Origin: an uncultured Bacilli bacterium | GTDB lineage: Bacteria > Bacillota_I > Bacilli_A > RF39 > UBA660 | Length of the DNA stretch: 64,000 nucleotides | Assembly (NCBI GenBank): GCA_947629935.1 | Contig: CANRFQ010000004.1 | Coordinates: 5,403-69,402, forward strand | Direction of reading: 5' to 3' | In this document: positions 39,283 through 47,729 of the stretch, in pieces | How positions within the stretch are numbered: position 1 is the first letter of the stretch | How the letters are laid out: every line of letters begins with the position of its first letter | Program-made: the position numbers and the translations under genes | The notes under the pieces: model-generated | Database searches by the model: none | Told to the model about the DNA's origin: nothing | The model's input: only the letters and a program-made list of their open reading frames with translations

Positions 39283-39795
39283 ATGAGAGAATCGATAGGT
39301 GGAGCATGGTTTATTGGTTTAATAATAACTTTCATGATGGTTTTTGTTGGTTATTTAACTGTCATGATTAATTATTCTAATTCATTTAAAATTAAAAATG
39401 AAGTTGTTCATATAATTGAAAAGTATGAGGGTCTAACTGAAAGGAATGGCGGCTCTGTTCAAATCATTAATCAGTATTTAGCAAATACTGGATATAATAG
39501 TAGAGGCAAATGCCCTTGTTCTTCAGAAGATAATAATGCTTGCTATGGAGCAAGTAATATATTTGATAATCATCATAATTTAGAAAACGTTCAAAAAGAT
39601 AAAACATATTATTATTGTGTTCAATTTGAAAAAAGTGGGAAAAGTGAAGATGAAACAGGATATTATGATATTCAATTGTTTTTAAAGTTTGATTTACCAG
39701 TTTTGGGCCAATTAGGTAATTTTACAATTAAAGGACAAACTATAAAGATAAAACATCCAGTAAATTATGGAGGGGCACACCCTGGTAAAGAATAG
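39283..39795 (+). CDS. TadE-like pseudopilin, 4 Cys
   Basis: MRESIGG leader followed by AWFIGLIITFMMVFVGYL. Paralogous architecture to 38767-39273. Confidence 0.5.
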   Translation: MRESIGGAWFIGLIITFMMVFVGYLTVMINYSNSFKIKNEVVHIIEKYEGLTERNGGSVQIINQYLANTGYNSRGKCPCSSEDNNACYGASNIFDNHHNLENVQKDKTYYYCVQFEKSGKSEDETGYYDIQLFLKFDLPVLGQLGNFTIKGQTIKIKHPVNYGGAHPGKE

Positions 39796-39818
39796 ATAAA
39801 AGGAAGTGAATAAGTTTT

Positions 39819-40847
39819 ATGAATGTAATTGTATCAAATAAGTTTCAAACACAATTAAATGCTTTACAAATAGATGTAATTAAAAGTGTTAATGGTGAGT
39901 TTACACCAGATGAAATAACAGAAATGTTTGCTAATTTCTTTTATAATAAAATGATATTAGATGTTACGGCAATTAAAGGATATCAAAGTGTATCTAATAT
40001 TCAGCAACTTGCTATGGGTATTGATATGAGTAAAGTTATTTTAGTTTTAGATGATAGTGATGTTACTAGTTCACAAAGCTATTTATCGCAACTTATATCA
40101 ATGGGGATTTATAATTTTACTAGAAATATTGATAATATTCCTTTCTTAATTGATAATCCGAATACCTATAAAGATGTCGCCCAATATCAACAAATTAGTA
40201 CCGTAGCTAATGAAATTAGCAAAAAGCATGAGACTGCTAAATTTGATTATGAAGAGGATGTAACTAGTGGAGGGTTTACAACTATTATAGGAATTAAAAA
40301 TGTTACGGATCATGCTGGCTCTACAACTTTAATTTATATGTTAAAAAAACAATTACAAAATAATTATAATGTTTTAGCAATTGAAATAGATAAAAATGAT
40401 TTTCAATATTTTAATGACAAAGATTTAGTAAGTGTTACAGCTGATAAATATGAAGCAACAATTCGTAATGCTAATACATACGATATTATTTTAGTCGATT
40501 TAAATAATAGTACTAATGAAGATAGTTGTTCAGATGTCTTATATTTACTAGAGCCTAGTACGATAAAGTTAAATAAGATGATTCGCCGAAATAGAGGAAT
40601 TTTTGATAATTTAAAGGGTAAGAAGATTGTTTTAAATAAAAGTTTATTAGATAACAAAGACGTAATGGATTTTGAATATGAATCAAGAAGTCAAGTTTTT
40701 TATAATATTCCTCCGCTAGATGATAAAAAAGATAAACATCGTGCACTTGACGATTTAATGTCAAGGTTAGGTTTTCTTAGACAGAAACAAAACAATTTAG
40801 GTGGAGAAAAGACTAAGATTCTAGGTATTTTCAAAAATAAGTCTTGA
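39819..40847 (+). CDS. TadZ/CpaE-like protein: receiver-like N-domain + MinD/ParA-fold domain with degenerate P-loop
   Basis: IIGIKNVTDHAGSTTLIYMLKKQL sits in place of KGGxGKTT. YDIILVDLN (Walker B-like), EPSTIKLNKM and KIVLNKS follow the MinD/ParA order. The N-terminal 130 aa are receiver-like. Confidence 0.5.
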   Translation: MNVIVSNKFQTQLNALQIDVIKSVNGEFTPDEITEMFANFFYNKMILDVTAIKGYQSVSNIQQLAMGIDMSKVILVLDDSDVTSSQSYLSQLISMGIYNFTRNIDNIPFLIDNPNTYKDVAQYQQISTVANEISKKHETAKFDYEEDVTSGGFTTIIGIKNVTDHAGSTTLIYMLKKQLQNNYNVLAIEIDKNDFQYFNDKDLVSVTADKYEATIRNANTYDIILVDLNNSTNEDSCSDVLYLLEPSTIKLNKMIRRNRGIFDNLKGKKIVLNKSLLDNKDVMDFEYESRSQVFYNIPPLDDKKDKHRALDDLMSRLGFLRQKQNNLGGEKTKILGIFKNKS

Positions 40848-40898
40848 CAGTAATTTAAAAAGAAGATAGAATTTTAATTGTAAGAAAGAGGTATTTAT

Positions 40899-41234
40899 AT
40901 GTTATTAATGGATTTTGAAAACTTTTGTGCAGATTCAACCACTATTTGGTCTGTTGTTGGTTGGCTTTTAACAATATTTAAAATTGTTATTCCTATTATC
41001 TTAATTGTTATGGGTAGTATTGATTTTGGTAGAGCCGTTGTAGCTCAAAAAGATGATGAAATTAAAAAATCAAGTAAGTCATTAGCTATGCGTGCAGCAG
41101 CGGCAGTAATTATATTTATTTTACCATCTGTTATTATGATGGTTATTAACTGGGCTATGGATGTGTCTGGTACTGATATGGATTATGAAACTTGTACTGA
41201 TTGTGTTATTCACCCAAGTGAATGTGGAAAATAG
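40899..41234 (+). CDS. VirB2/TrbC-like pilin-like conjugal transfer protein
   Basis: 111 aa with two hydrophobic helices (IWSVVGWLLTIFKIVIPIILIVMG and AAAAVIIFILPSVIMMVINWAM) joined by the basic loop QKDDEIKKSSKSLAMR, plus a Cys-containing tail. Confidence 0.5.
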   Translation: MLLMDFENFCADSTTIWSVVGWLLTIFKIVIPIILIVMGSIDFGRAVVAQKDDEIKKSSKSLAMRAAAAVIIFILPSVIMMVINWAMDVSGTDMDYETCTDCVIHPSECGK

Positions 41235-41253
41235 AAATTTTTCTATTTTTTTT
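41231..41253 (+). terminator. Rho-independent terminator between the Tad-side and T4SS-side units
   Basis: Stem ATAGAA/TTCTAT with a 4-nt loop followed by 7 T. It overlaps the stop codon. Confidence 0.5.
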
Positions 41254-41417
41254 AATATAAGAAGCTAATTTTAAAATTGTTAAACCAAAGAGTTATCATG
41301 AAAAATTAAGAAATGCCGTAAAGAAAAGGATTAAAACCAATTCATTATTCCTTCTGGGTGTTTTTTTTTACAAAAATTGTAATTTCCCTTAAAAAACTAT
41401 GATAAAACGTAAATTTA

Positions 41418-41426
41418 TGATATAAT
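41418..41426 (+). promoter_or_regulatory. Extended -10 promoter element (TGaTATAAT) upstream of the T4SS unit
   Basis: TG at 41418-41419 and TATAAT at 41421-41426. RBS AGGTGA and GTG 41450 lie downstream. The -35 is weak. Confidence 0.35.
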
Positions 41427-41449
41427 TTTAAAGTAGGTTAGGTGATACT

Positions 41450-42478
41450 GTGAAAAAAGTTATAATCTTATTTCTTTTAATTAGCATAAGTTTTCTAAGT
41501 TTTACAACATCAGTATCTGCTGAACCAAAAATTTGTTATTATAGTAGCAAAGAAAAAACGGGTGGCTATTATGAATACGCTGAATTAACTATTTATGATT
41601 CTTCTAATTCTATTGCTAGAGTAAAATTTGAAGATTTGCAAGCTCCAAAATTAGATTGTAATGTAGCAGCAGATATTTTAGAGGCTGGTGGTGCAGCAAT
41701 TGGTGGTTTGGCAGGGGTTGCTTTTTGTGGTGGTGCTGGTGGACTTATTTGTGCGCCAGTATTTGGAGCAGGTCTTGCTTCTTTGGGTAGAGCTATTGGT
41801 GGTGGTAAAACGTGTGCTTTTAAAGCTAATGGTATAACAATAAATGATCTTGAAGATCGTTCTGCAGCTGCTAGTAAATTTCTTAACACCAAATTGCAAT
41901 ATTTTGACGCTAATAAAAATCAACCAATTGTGAGTTTACCTAACATTGATTTAGGTCCTGAATGTCCAAAATATTTAGGTGTAGTTATTAGTGATATTTC
42001 TGATGCCAATAACGTTCAGGTTTATGCTGGTGATAGTAGTACGAAAGATTTTATTGATAGTTATATAAAATCTAACCCTGATTATAATTATGTAATATGG
42101 GGTACAGAATTTGAAAGAACTGGCGAACCAGGGGATGGCAGTAATTTGGGAAATACTACTTCCCAAGATGATTCTGATCTGAATACTTGTAGAGGCCTTT
42201 TAGGAAATAAGGTAAATGGTGAGTATCAAAACGGAACAGTAGGAGCTTTACTTCAACAAATATTTGATTATATGAAAATGGCAGCAGTAATATTAGTATT
42301 TGCTTTTTCGGTAATAGATTATGCGAAAGCTATAGCTGCTCAAAATCAAGATGCTTTTAAAAAAGCTAACATTAATTTTATGAAAAGAATAATATTTGGA
42401 ATTGTATTTTTCTTAATACCAACTTTAATTAATGTAATTTTAAGTGTAATAGATAGTTCTACTTGCGGAATTCAATAA
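41450..42478 (+). CDS. Secreted protein with Gly/Ala-rich glycine-zipper segment fused to a C-terminal VirB2/TrbC-like two-helix domain
   Basis: Signal peptide. GGAAIGGLAGVAFCGGAGGLICAPVFGAGLASLGRAIGGG lies at about 41666-41816. The C-terminus VIDYAKAIAAQNQDAFKK...FFLIPTLINVILSVI aligns with IDFGRAVVAQKDDEIKK...IFILPSVIMMVINWA of the 40899 product. Confidence 0.55.
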   Translation: MKKVIILFLLISISFLSFTTSVSAEPKICYYSSKEKTGGYYEYAELTIYDSSNSIARVKFEDLQAPKLDCNVAADILEAGGAAIGGLAGVAFCGGAGGLICAPVFGAGLASLGRAIGGGKTCAFKANGITINDLEDRSAAASKFLNTKLQYFDANKNQPIVSLPNIDLGPECPKYLGVVISDISDANNVQVYAGDSSTKDFIDSYIKSNPDYNYVIWGTEFERTGEPGDGSNLGNTTSQDDSDLNTCRGLLGNKVNGEYQNGTVGALLQQIFDYMKMAAVILVFAFSVIDYAKAIAAQNQDAFKKANINFMKRIIFGIVFFLIPTLINVILSVIDSSTCGIQ

Positions 42479-42497
42479 GATAGTAGGTGAAATAAAT

Positions 42498-45077
42498 ATG
42501 TTTGATGCTGGAAAAATTTGGGATGTAATATATGGTTTTTTTGTTACTATTGATACAGTAATTTATAAATTTGTTGGGTGGCTTTATGAATTATATATGT
42601 TAATTAGCAGCGCTCGGATTTTTCGAACTGAAACTTTTGAAATATTTATAAATCGTATCTATATAATTCTAGGGGTTATAATGTTATTTTTCTTAGCATA
42701 TACAATTTTAAAAAATATTGCTGATCCCGACTCTTTTGCAAAAGGCGATAGCTCGATGGGAAAAATCATTTCTAATACAGTTATCTCTTTAGTGCTTATT
42801 GCTATATTGCCTACTATTTTTACTTTTTTATATCAAGCTCAAGAAATTTTGCTAGAAGAAAATATTATTGGTAAAATAATATTAGGTAATTATTCTTATT
42901 CAACGGATACTTTGGAACTTAATTTGGGAGCTGAGGTATGTGAACATTTAAACACAATCAAAGGGCCACACGAGTATGTAATTAATAGTGATGGTAGTTG
43001 CTATGTTAAATGGCATTCGACTGGCGATGCAGCTTCGATTGCTTTGGCAGGAAATTCAATTGCAGTCGATGTTTTTACCTCATTTTTCTATCCCTATTTA
43101 ACTGAAGAAGAATATACAGACAAAGTAACTGAAGCTCGTTTGGAAGCAGAAACATTAAATCAAAATCCTGATGATTTTACCAATAGTAATCAAAATTATA
43201 ATGTTGATTTTAGTTATGAAGAATGGGGAAATGATGCTTTTAGTGCCAAAAGCCAATATGTATATAATAAAATAGCTAGTTATAATTCATGTCATAATAT
43301 GAGTGATGGCTATGCTTATGGTTCTACAGCAGAGGCTTGTGCTCGCGAAATTAAAAACTACAATGATAAAAATAATATAATATCTCCTTTAAATTTTAAA
43401 TCAGTTATGCAATATGCAAAAACAACCGGTGATTTTAGTGGCTTTAAGTTTTTATCAGAATTTATATATGAAGATAGAATTGAATATTCTATAATTATAT
43501 CGACTATAGCTGGTTTATTTGTTTGTTATATAATGATTTCTTATTGTATAGACATGGGCTTAAGAGCAGCTAAATTAGGCTTTGCTCAACTTGTTGCTCC
43601 TGTTCCAATTTTAGCGCGTATTGTTCCTAGTCAAAAGAAAATGTTTGATAGTTGGACTAAATTTACACTACAATCATATTTTGAAGTATTCATTAGAATT
43701 GCGATTATATTCTTAGGTATTTTTATGATTACCCATTTACCGAACGTTCAAGATATGTGGAAAGATTCAATACTAACTAAAATTTCCTTCATGTCCATTA
43801 AAACACCATTAATAATGGATATAACATCTGTGTCATGGGGTACTAAAGCTATAGCCCGCGTCGCCGTAATTATCGGTATCTTGATGTTTGTTAAACAAGC
43901 CCCTAAATTAATTTCTGATGCTTTAGGTATCAGTATCAATACTGGCTCATTAAATATCCGTAATAAATTAAAAAATATGGTTGGTGGCGAACATGTAGTA
44001 AGAGGTTTAAATGCAATTGGTTCCCTACCTGCTAAAGGCTTTGGAGCTGTACGAGGAGCCTTAGGTGGAATGTGGGCTGCCCAAATGCAAGGAGACGGAA
44101 GTGGAAAACTTACTAAAGCTGCTGCTTTAAGAGGTCTTCAAAGTGGATGGAAAAATCATAAGGGAAGCTTTAGAAACACCTATCAATCTGTTTCTAGCGA
44201 TGTAACGGGTGACCATAAATATGCCCATTCCTATTTTGGTGGCAACACTATGGCTGGTAATATAAATCGTAATATAGATACGGCATACAAAGCAAGTTCT
44301 CAAACAGCTTTAGAAAAACATCTTAAAGATATTGGAGAATATATTAAAAAACATGATGATCCAAATAATAATGCAGAACTAAATGCTAGATTACAGAGAG
44401 CACAAGCTGCTTATAATGAAGCAATTAGAAATGTTGAAAATAATCCAGCATTTACGCGAGCAATTAATAATAGAGCTCAACAATTGCGTAATGAATATGA
44501 CGCCAATGAAGGAAAAGCTGCAAAAGAACGTATGAAAGCTTTTGAAAATAGTGCAGAATATAATAATTTAAAGGCTATTGCTCGAGCTAATGCTCGTAAT
44601 GACATTCGCCAAGAAGCAGCAAGCAATAATGAGATATTATCTGCTGCTGAAGAACAGAAACGTATTGATCAAAGATTGGCAGATTACATTTTGGATGGTA
44701 TTAAAACTAATAGTTCTGAGTTGGCTCGTCAATATAAAAATGACCATTTAACTGAAAGAACGATTGATAAAGAACTAGAAAAACGTGCAAATAAAGAAGT
44801 TGTTGATCAATTAAAAGCAACAAATGAAAATTATAAAATTGCTAAAGAAGCAGTTGATGATAATGGAAATTATACAGCAGAGACTTTTGCAAATGTACTT
44901 AATGAATATAGAAGGGATGTTCAATCTAATCCTAAGACATCTGAAGATCGAGCATATATTAAAGCTCTTGCTGAAGAAAAAGCTAATGGTGATTATAAAT
45001 CTAATAAAGAATTACAAGATTTCTTTACAAAAATGGTGGAAGACAAGAAAATATCATTTGGAAAAGGCGATAAATAG
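42498..45077 (+). CDS. VirB6/TrbL-like polytopic T4SS channel protein with long coiled-coil C-terminal domain
   Basis: At least 6 TM segments in the first 500 aa or so. It sits between the VirB2-like and VirB3/VirB4-like genes. The C-terminal 270 aa or so are Ala/Asn/Glu/Lys-rich and helical. Confidence 0.6.
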   Translation: MFDAGKIWDVIYGFFVTIDTVIYKFVGWLYELYMLISSARIFRTETFEIFINRIYIILGVIMLFFLAYTILKNIADPDSFAKGDSSMGKIISNTVISLVLIAILPTIFTFLYQAQEILLEENIIGKIILGNYSYSTDTLELNLGAEVCEHLNTIKGPHEYVINSDGSCYVKWHSTGDAASIALAGNSIAVDVFTSFFYPYLTEEEYTDKVTEARLEAETLNQNPDDFTNSNQNYNVDFSYEEWGNDAFSAKSQYVYNKIASYNSCHNMSDGYAYGSTAEACAREIKNYNDKNNIISPLNFKSVMQYAKTTGDFSGFKFLSEFIYEDRIEYSIIISTIAGLFVCYIMISYCIDMGLRAAKLGFAQLVAPVPILARIVPSQKKMFDSWTKFTLQSYFEVFIRIAIIFLGIFMITHLPNVQDMWKDSILTKISFMSIKTPLIMDITSVSWGTKAIARVAVIIGILMFVKQAPKLISDALGISINTGSLNIRNKLKNMVGGEHVVRGLNAIGSLPAKGFGAVRGALGGMWAAQMQGDGSGKLTKAAALRGLQSGWKNHKGSFRNTYQSVSSDVTGDHKYAHSYFGGNTMAGNINRNIDTAYKASSQTALEKHLKDIGEYIKKHDDPNNNAELNARLQRAQAAYNEAIRNVENNPAFTRAINNRAQQLRNEYDANEGKAAKERMKAFENSAEYNNLKAIARANARNDIRQEAASNNEILSAAEEQKRIDQRLADYILDGIKTNSSELARQYKNDHLTERTIDKELEKRANKEVVDQLKATNENYKIAKEAVDDNGNYTAETFANVLNEYRRDVQSNPKTSEDRAYIKALAEEKANGDYKSNKELQDFFTKMVEDKKISFGKGDK

Positions 45078-45088
45078 GAGGAATAAAA

Positions 45089-45397
45089 ATGGAAAATTAT
45101 TTAATCCCGGCTAATTCAAAAAAGTCAAAATTAATTTTAGGATTCTTTAATCCCATTGACTTAATAATTTTTTTGATAGGCGTGGTAATAACACTAGTAT
45201 TATTATTTGTGATTAGAACTAATAATATTTTTCTAGTCATATTAATATTACTCCCGGCTTTAATTTCTGCATTCTTAGTAATGCCGGTTCCTAATTATCA
45301 TAATATGTTAACGTTATTAAATAACATATATAGCTATTTTAGTAAAAGAAAAAAGTATTATTGGAGAGGTTGGTGTGCTAATGGCAAAAAACGCTAG
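45089..45397 (+). CDS. PrgI/VirB3-like small T4SS membrane protein
   Basis: 102 aa. The N-terminus IPANSKKSKLILGFFNPIDLIIF is followed by two TM helices. It lies immediately upstream of, and overlaps, the VirB4 gene, as in Firmicute conjugation modules. Confidence 0.6.
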   Translation: MENYLIPANSKKSKLILGFFNPIDLIIFLIGVVITLVLLFVIRTNNIFLVILILLPALISAFLVMPVPNYHNMLTLLNNIYSYFSKRKKYYWRGWCANGKKR

Positions 45398-45938
45398 TAT
45401 ATCGAAATATTCTGAGGATTGGGTTCCTATTAAAAGCATCATGAATGGAATGATTGAATTAGAAAATGGCAATTATGTAACCGGAGTAAAAATAGAATCA
45501 AAAGATATTTTTATCCTTGATGCGCAAGCTCAAAATAACGTAATTTATGGAATGCGTAATTTCTATAATGCAATTGACTATGAATTTTGGTTAGTAATCG
45601 CCGATAGACCTGTAGATATTAATATCTATCTATCGCAGTTACAAGTTTTGTATTCTCATACTCCTAATCCAGAAATTAGAAAATTAATTGATCAAGATAT
45701 TAATAAAGCAAATTTATTTATGAGTAGTGAAATGAGTGTCGTAGATACTGAATATTACATTTTGTTTAAAGAAAAAAAACAAGAAATAATTCAGAAACGA
45801 ATTCACAATTTAATTACCAACTTAGCTAATGCAGGAGTAAATTCTGCTCAAGCATCTAATTCAGATTTACGCATGCTTTTAGATAATTTCTTAAATGGGG
45901 GAACAACAACTAATTTTGGGACGGTGATTAGTTCATGA
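45375..45938 (+). CDS. VirB4-like ATPase, N-terminal domain encoded as a separate ORF
   Basis: EDWVPIKSIMNGMIELENGNYVTGVKIESKDIFILD fits the N-terminal domain pattern of Gram-positive VirB4 (TcpF/ConE/Orf16 type). It ends in an ATGA overlap with the next ORF. Confidence 0.65.
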   Translation: MLMAKNASISKYSEDWVPIKSIMNGMIELENGNYVTGVKIESKDIFILDAQAQNNVIYGMRNFYNAIDYEFWLVIADRPVDINIYLSQLQVLYSHTPNPEIRKLIDQDINKANLFMSSEMSVVDTEYYILFKEKKQEIIQKRIHNLITNLANAGVNSAQASNSDLRMLLDNFLNGGTTTNFGTVISS

Positions 45939-47719
45939 GTTTAAAAAGTGAGATAGCTCCTAAAGGTTTATTATTTAAGCCCACTGAGTTTGTTATTAGT
46001 GATAAATATGCGACGATTTTAACTATTATTAGTTTTCCAAAATATATTGCCCATGGCTATTTAGCCAATTTAACGAGTATCTCGGGAGTTAAAGTCGTAA
46101 TTAAACATATTCCTATTGAATTTTCAACAATGTCAAGAATGTTGAATAAGGAAATAGCCGATTTAAAAGTCCGTTATCAACATGAAAGAGATAGAACTCT
46201 TCAAGAAAGAATAAGGCAAGACTACGAATCAATAGAACAATTCGTTTCCATGTTAGCATCTACACAGTCCAAAATTTTTGATTTTCAAATGCATATTATG
46301 ATAACTGCTAATAATAAGGAAGAATTAGATATGAAAAAAATTCAAGTACGCTCTTTCTTAGATGCTTTAGGAATGCGCGGAATTCCTTTGATGTTCGAAC
46401 AAGAAAAAGTTTTAAAATCAATGATTCCTGTGTTTCCTAAACAAGATATTGAAGATCGTGTGGGAACCCCAATTCCTTCCCCAACAATAGCAGCAATGTA
46501 TCCTTTTGTTTTTGATAGTGTTAAAGATCCTGGATATTCAACACTTTTAGGAGTTGATTTTTCCGGAGGAGTAGTATTATTTAATCAATTTTTATATCAA
46601 ATAAAAAAAGAACATAACCGAAATAATGCAAATATGATTATTTTAGGTACATCTGGTAGTGGTAAATCAACAGCTGCTAAATTGTTACTTCGTAATCATA
46701 TTCGCAATAGTTATAAGATAGTGGCAATAGATCCTGAGGGTGAATTAGAAGAAATGACTCGCAACCTAGGTGGAGATTTTATCGATTTAGGTAAAGGTGG
46801 AGAATTCGGTATGATAAATCCTTTGGAAATTGTCATGGATGCTGATGAAGAAGAAATTGCCCAAGGTCTTGGTTATACAGTTTTAACTAGAACTTTACAA
46901 TCTTTAAAAGCTTTTATGAAATATTATTCTCCTTCTATAGAAGAGGATGTTTTAGCTTTATTTAGTGAAATAGTGCAAGATACTTATAAGCGATATAAAA
47001 TTGATTTTGATACGGATTTTTCTAAATTAACATCAGAAGATTATCCAACTTTTGAAGATGTTTATGCCACAATTAAAGGAAGAATTTTATCAATGCCAGA
47101 TAAAACGCAAGAGCGTGATATTATGGAACGTTTAGAATTGCGAGTTCGTCCTTTAGTTAAAGAATTAAAATATTATTTTACAGGTCATACTACGATTAAA
47201 ATAAATAGTAATTATATTGTGTTTAATATTCGAGAATTAATGAATAGTGACGAGAATATTCGTAATGCTTTATTTTTCAATATTTTAAAATATGCTTGGG
47301 GATTGTGTCTAGATAAATCCTTAAATACAGTTATGATGGTAGATGAAGCGCACGTGTTACTTTCTAGTCGTAATGAACTTGGGGCGGAATTCTTAGCCCA
47401 AATTCAACGTCGTAGTCGTAAATATAATACGGGCACCATCATTATTACGCAACAACCTACCGATTTTGCTGCACCTAATTTAATAATGCACGGTAAAGCT
47501 ATATTTGATAATGCTTCTTATTATTTAATTATGGGTCTACGTAAACAAGCTGTTGATGATCTTGCGCAACTTGTTGATTTAAACGATAACGAAAAAGAAA
47601 GAATTAAATATTTCAACCAAGGAGAAGCTTTATTTGTATGTGGTAGTAGAAGAATGCAAATTAATGTTATATTAACTCAAGAAGAGCTTGATTCCTTTGG
47701 AAGTGGCGGAGGATTATAA
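45935..47719 (+). CDS. VirB4-like conjugal transfer ATPase, core (Walker A/B) part
   Basis: Walker A ILGTSGSGKSTAAK, Walker B VMMVDEAH and IIITQQPTDF, preceded by the YATILTIISFPKY segment typical of VirB4. Confidence 0.85.
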   Translation: MSLKSEIAPKGLLFKPTEFVISDKYATILTIISFPKYIAHGYLANLTSISGVKVVIKHIPIEFSTMSRMLNKEIADLKVRYQHERDRTLQERIRQDYESIEQFVSMLASTQSKIFDFQMHIMITANNKEELDMKKIQVRSFLDALGMRGIPLMFEQEKVLKSMIPVFPKQDIEDRVGTPIPSPTIAAMYPFVFDSVKDPGYSTLLGVDFSGGVVLFNQFLYQIKKEHNRNNANMIILGTSGSGKSTAAKLLLRNHIRNSYKIVAIDPEGELEEMTRNLGGDFIDLGKGGEFGMINPLEIVMDADEEEIAQGLGYTVLTRTLQSLKAFMKYYSPSIEEDVLALFSEIVQDTYKRYKIDFDTDFSKLTSEDYPTFEDVYATIKGRILSMPDKTQERDIMERLELRVRPLVKELKYYFTGHTTIKINSNYIVFNIRELMNSDENIRNALFFNILKYAWGLCLDKSLNTVMMVDEAHVLLSSRNELGAEFLAQIQRRSRKYNTGTIIITQQPTDFAAPNLIMHGKAIFDNASYYLIMGLRKQAVDDLAQLVDLNDNEKERIKYFNQGEALFVCGSRRMQINVILTQEELDSFGSGGGL

Positions 47720-47729
47720 TAGTTAGAAG

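Noticed and set aside
41593-41923. Antisense ORFs 41593-41892 and 41678-41923 (Pro/Ala-rich)
   Set aside because: They mirror the GC-rich Gly/Ala codon run of the sense gene 41450-42478. Open antisense frames are expected there, and no start signals are present.
44824-45114. 96-aa + strand ORF overlapping the 3' end of the VirB6-like gene in another frame
   Set aside because: It is an alternate frame of a Lys/Glu/Asn-rich coding region with no RBS. Its translation is low complexity.
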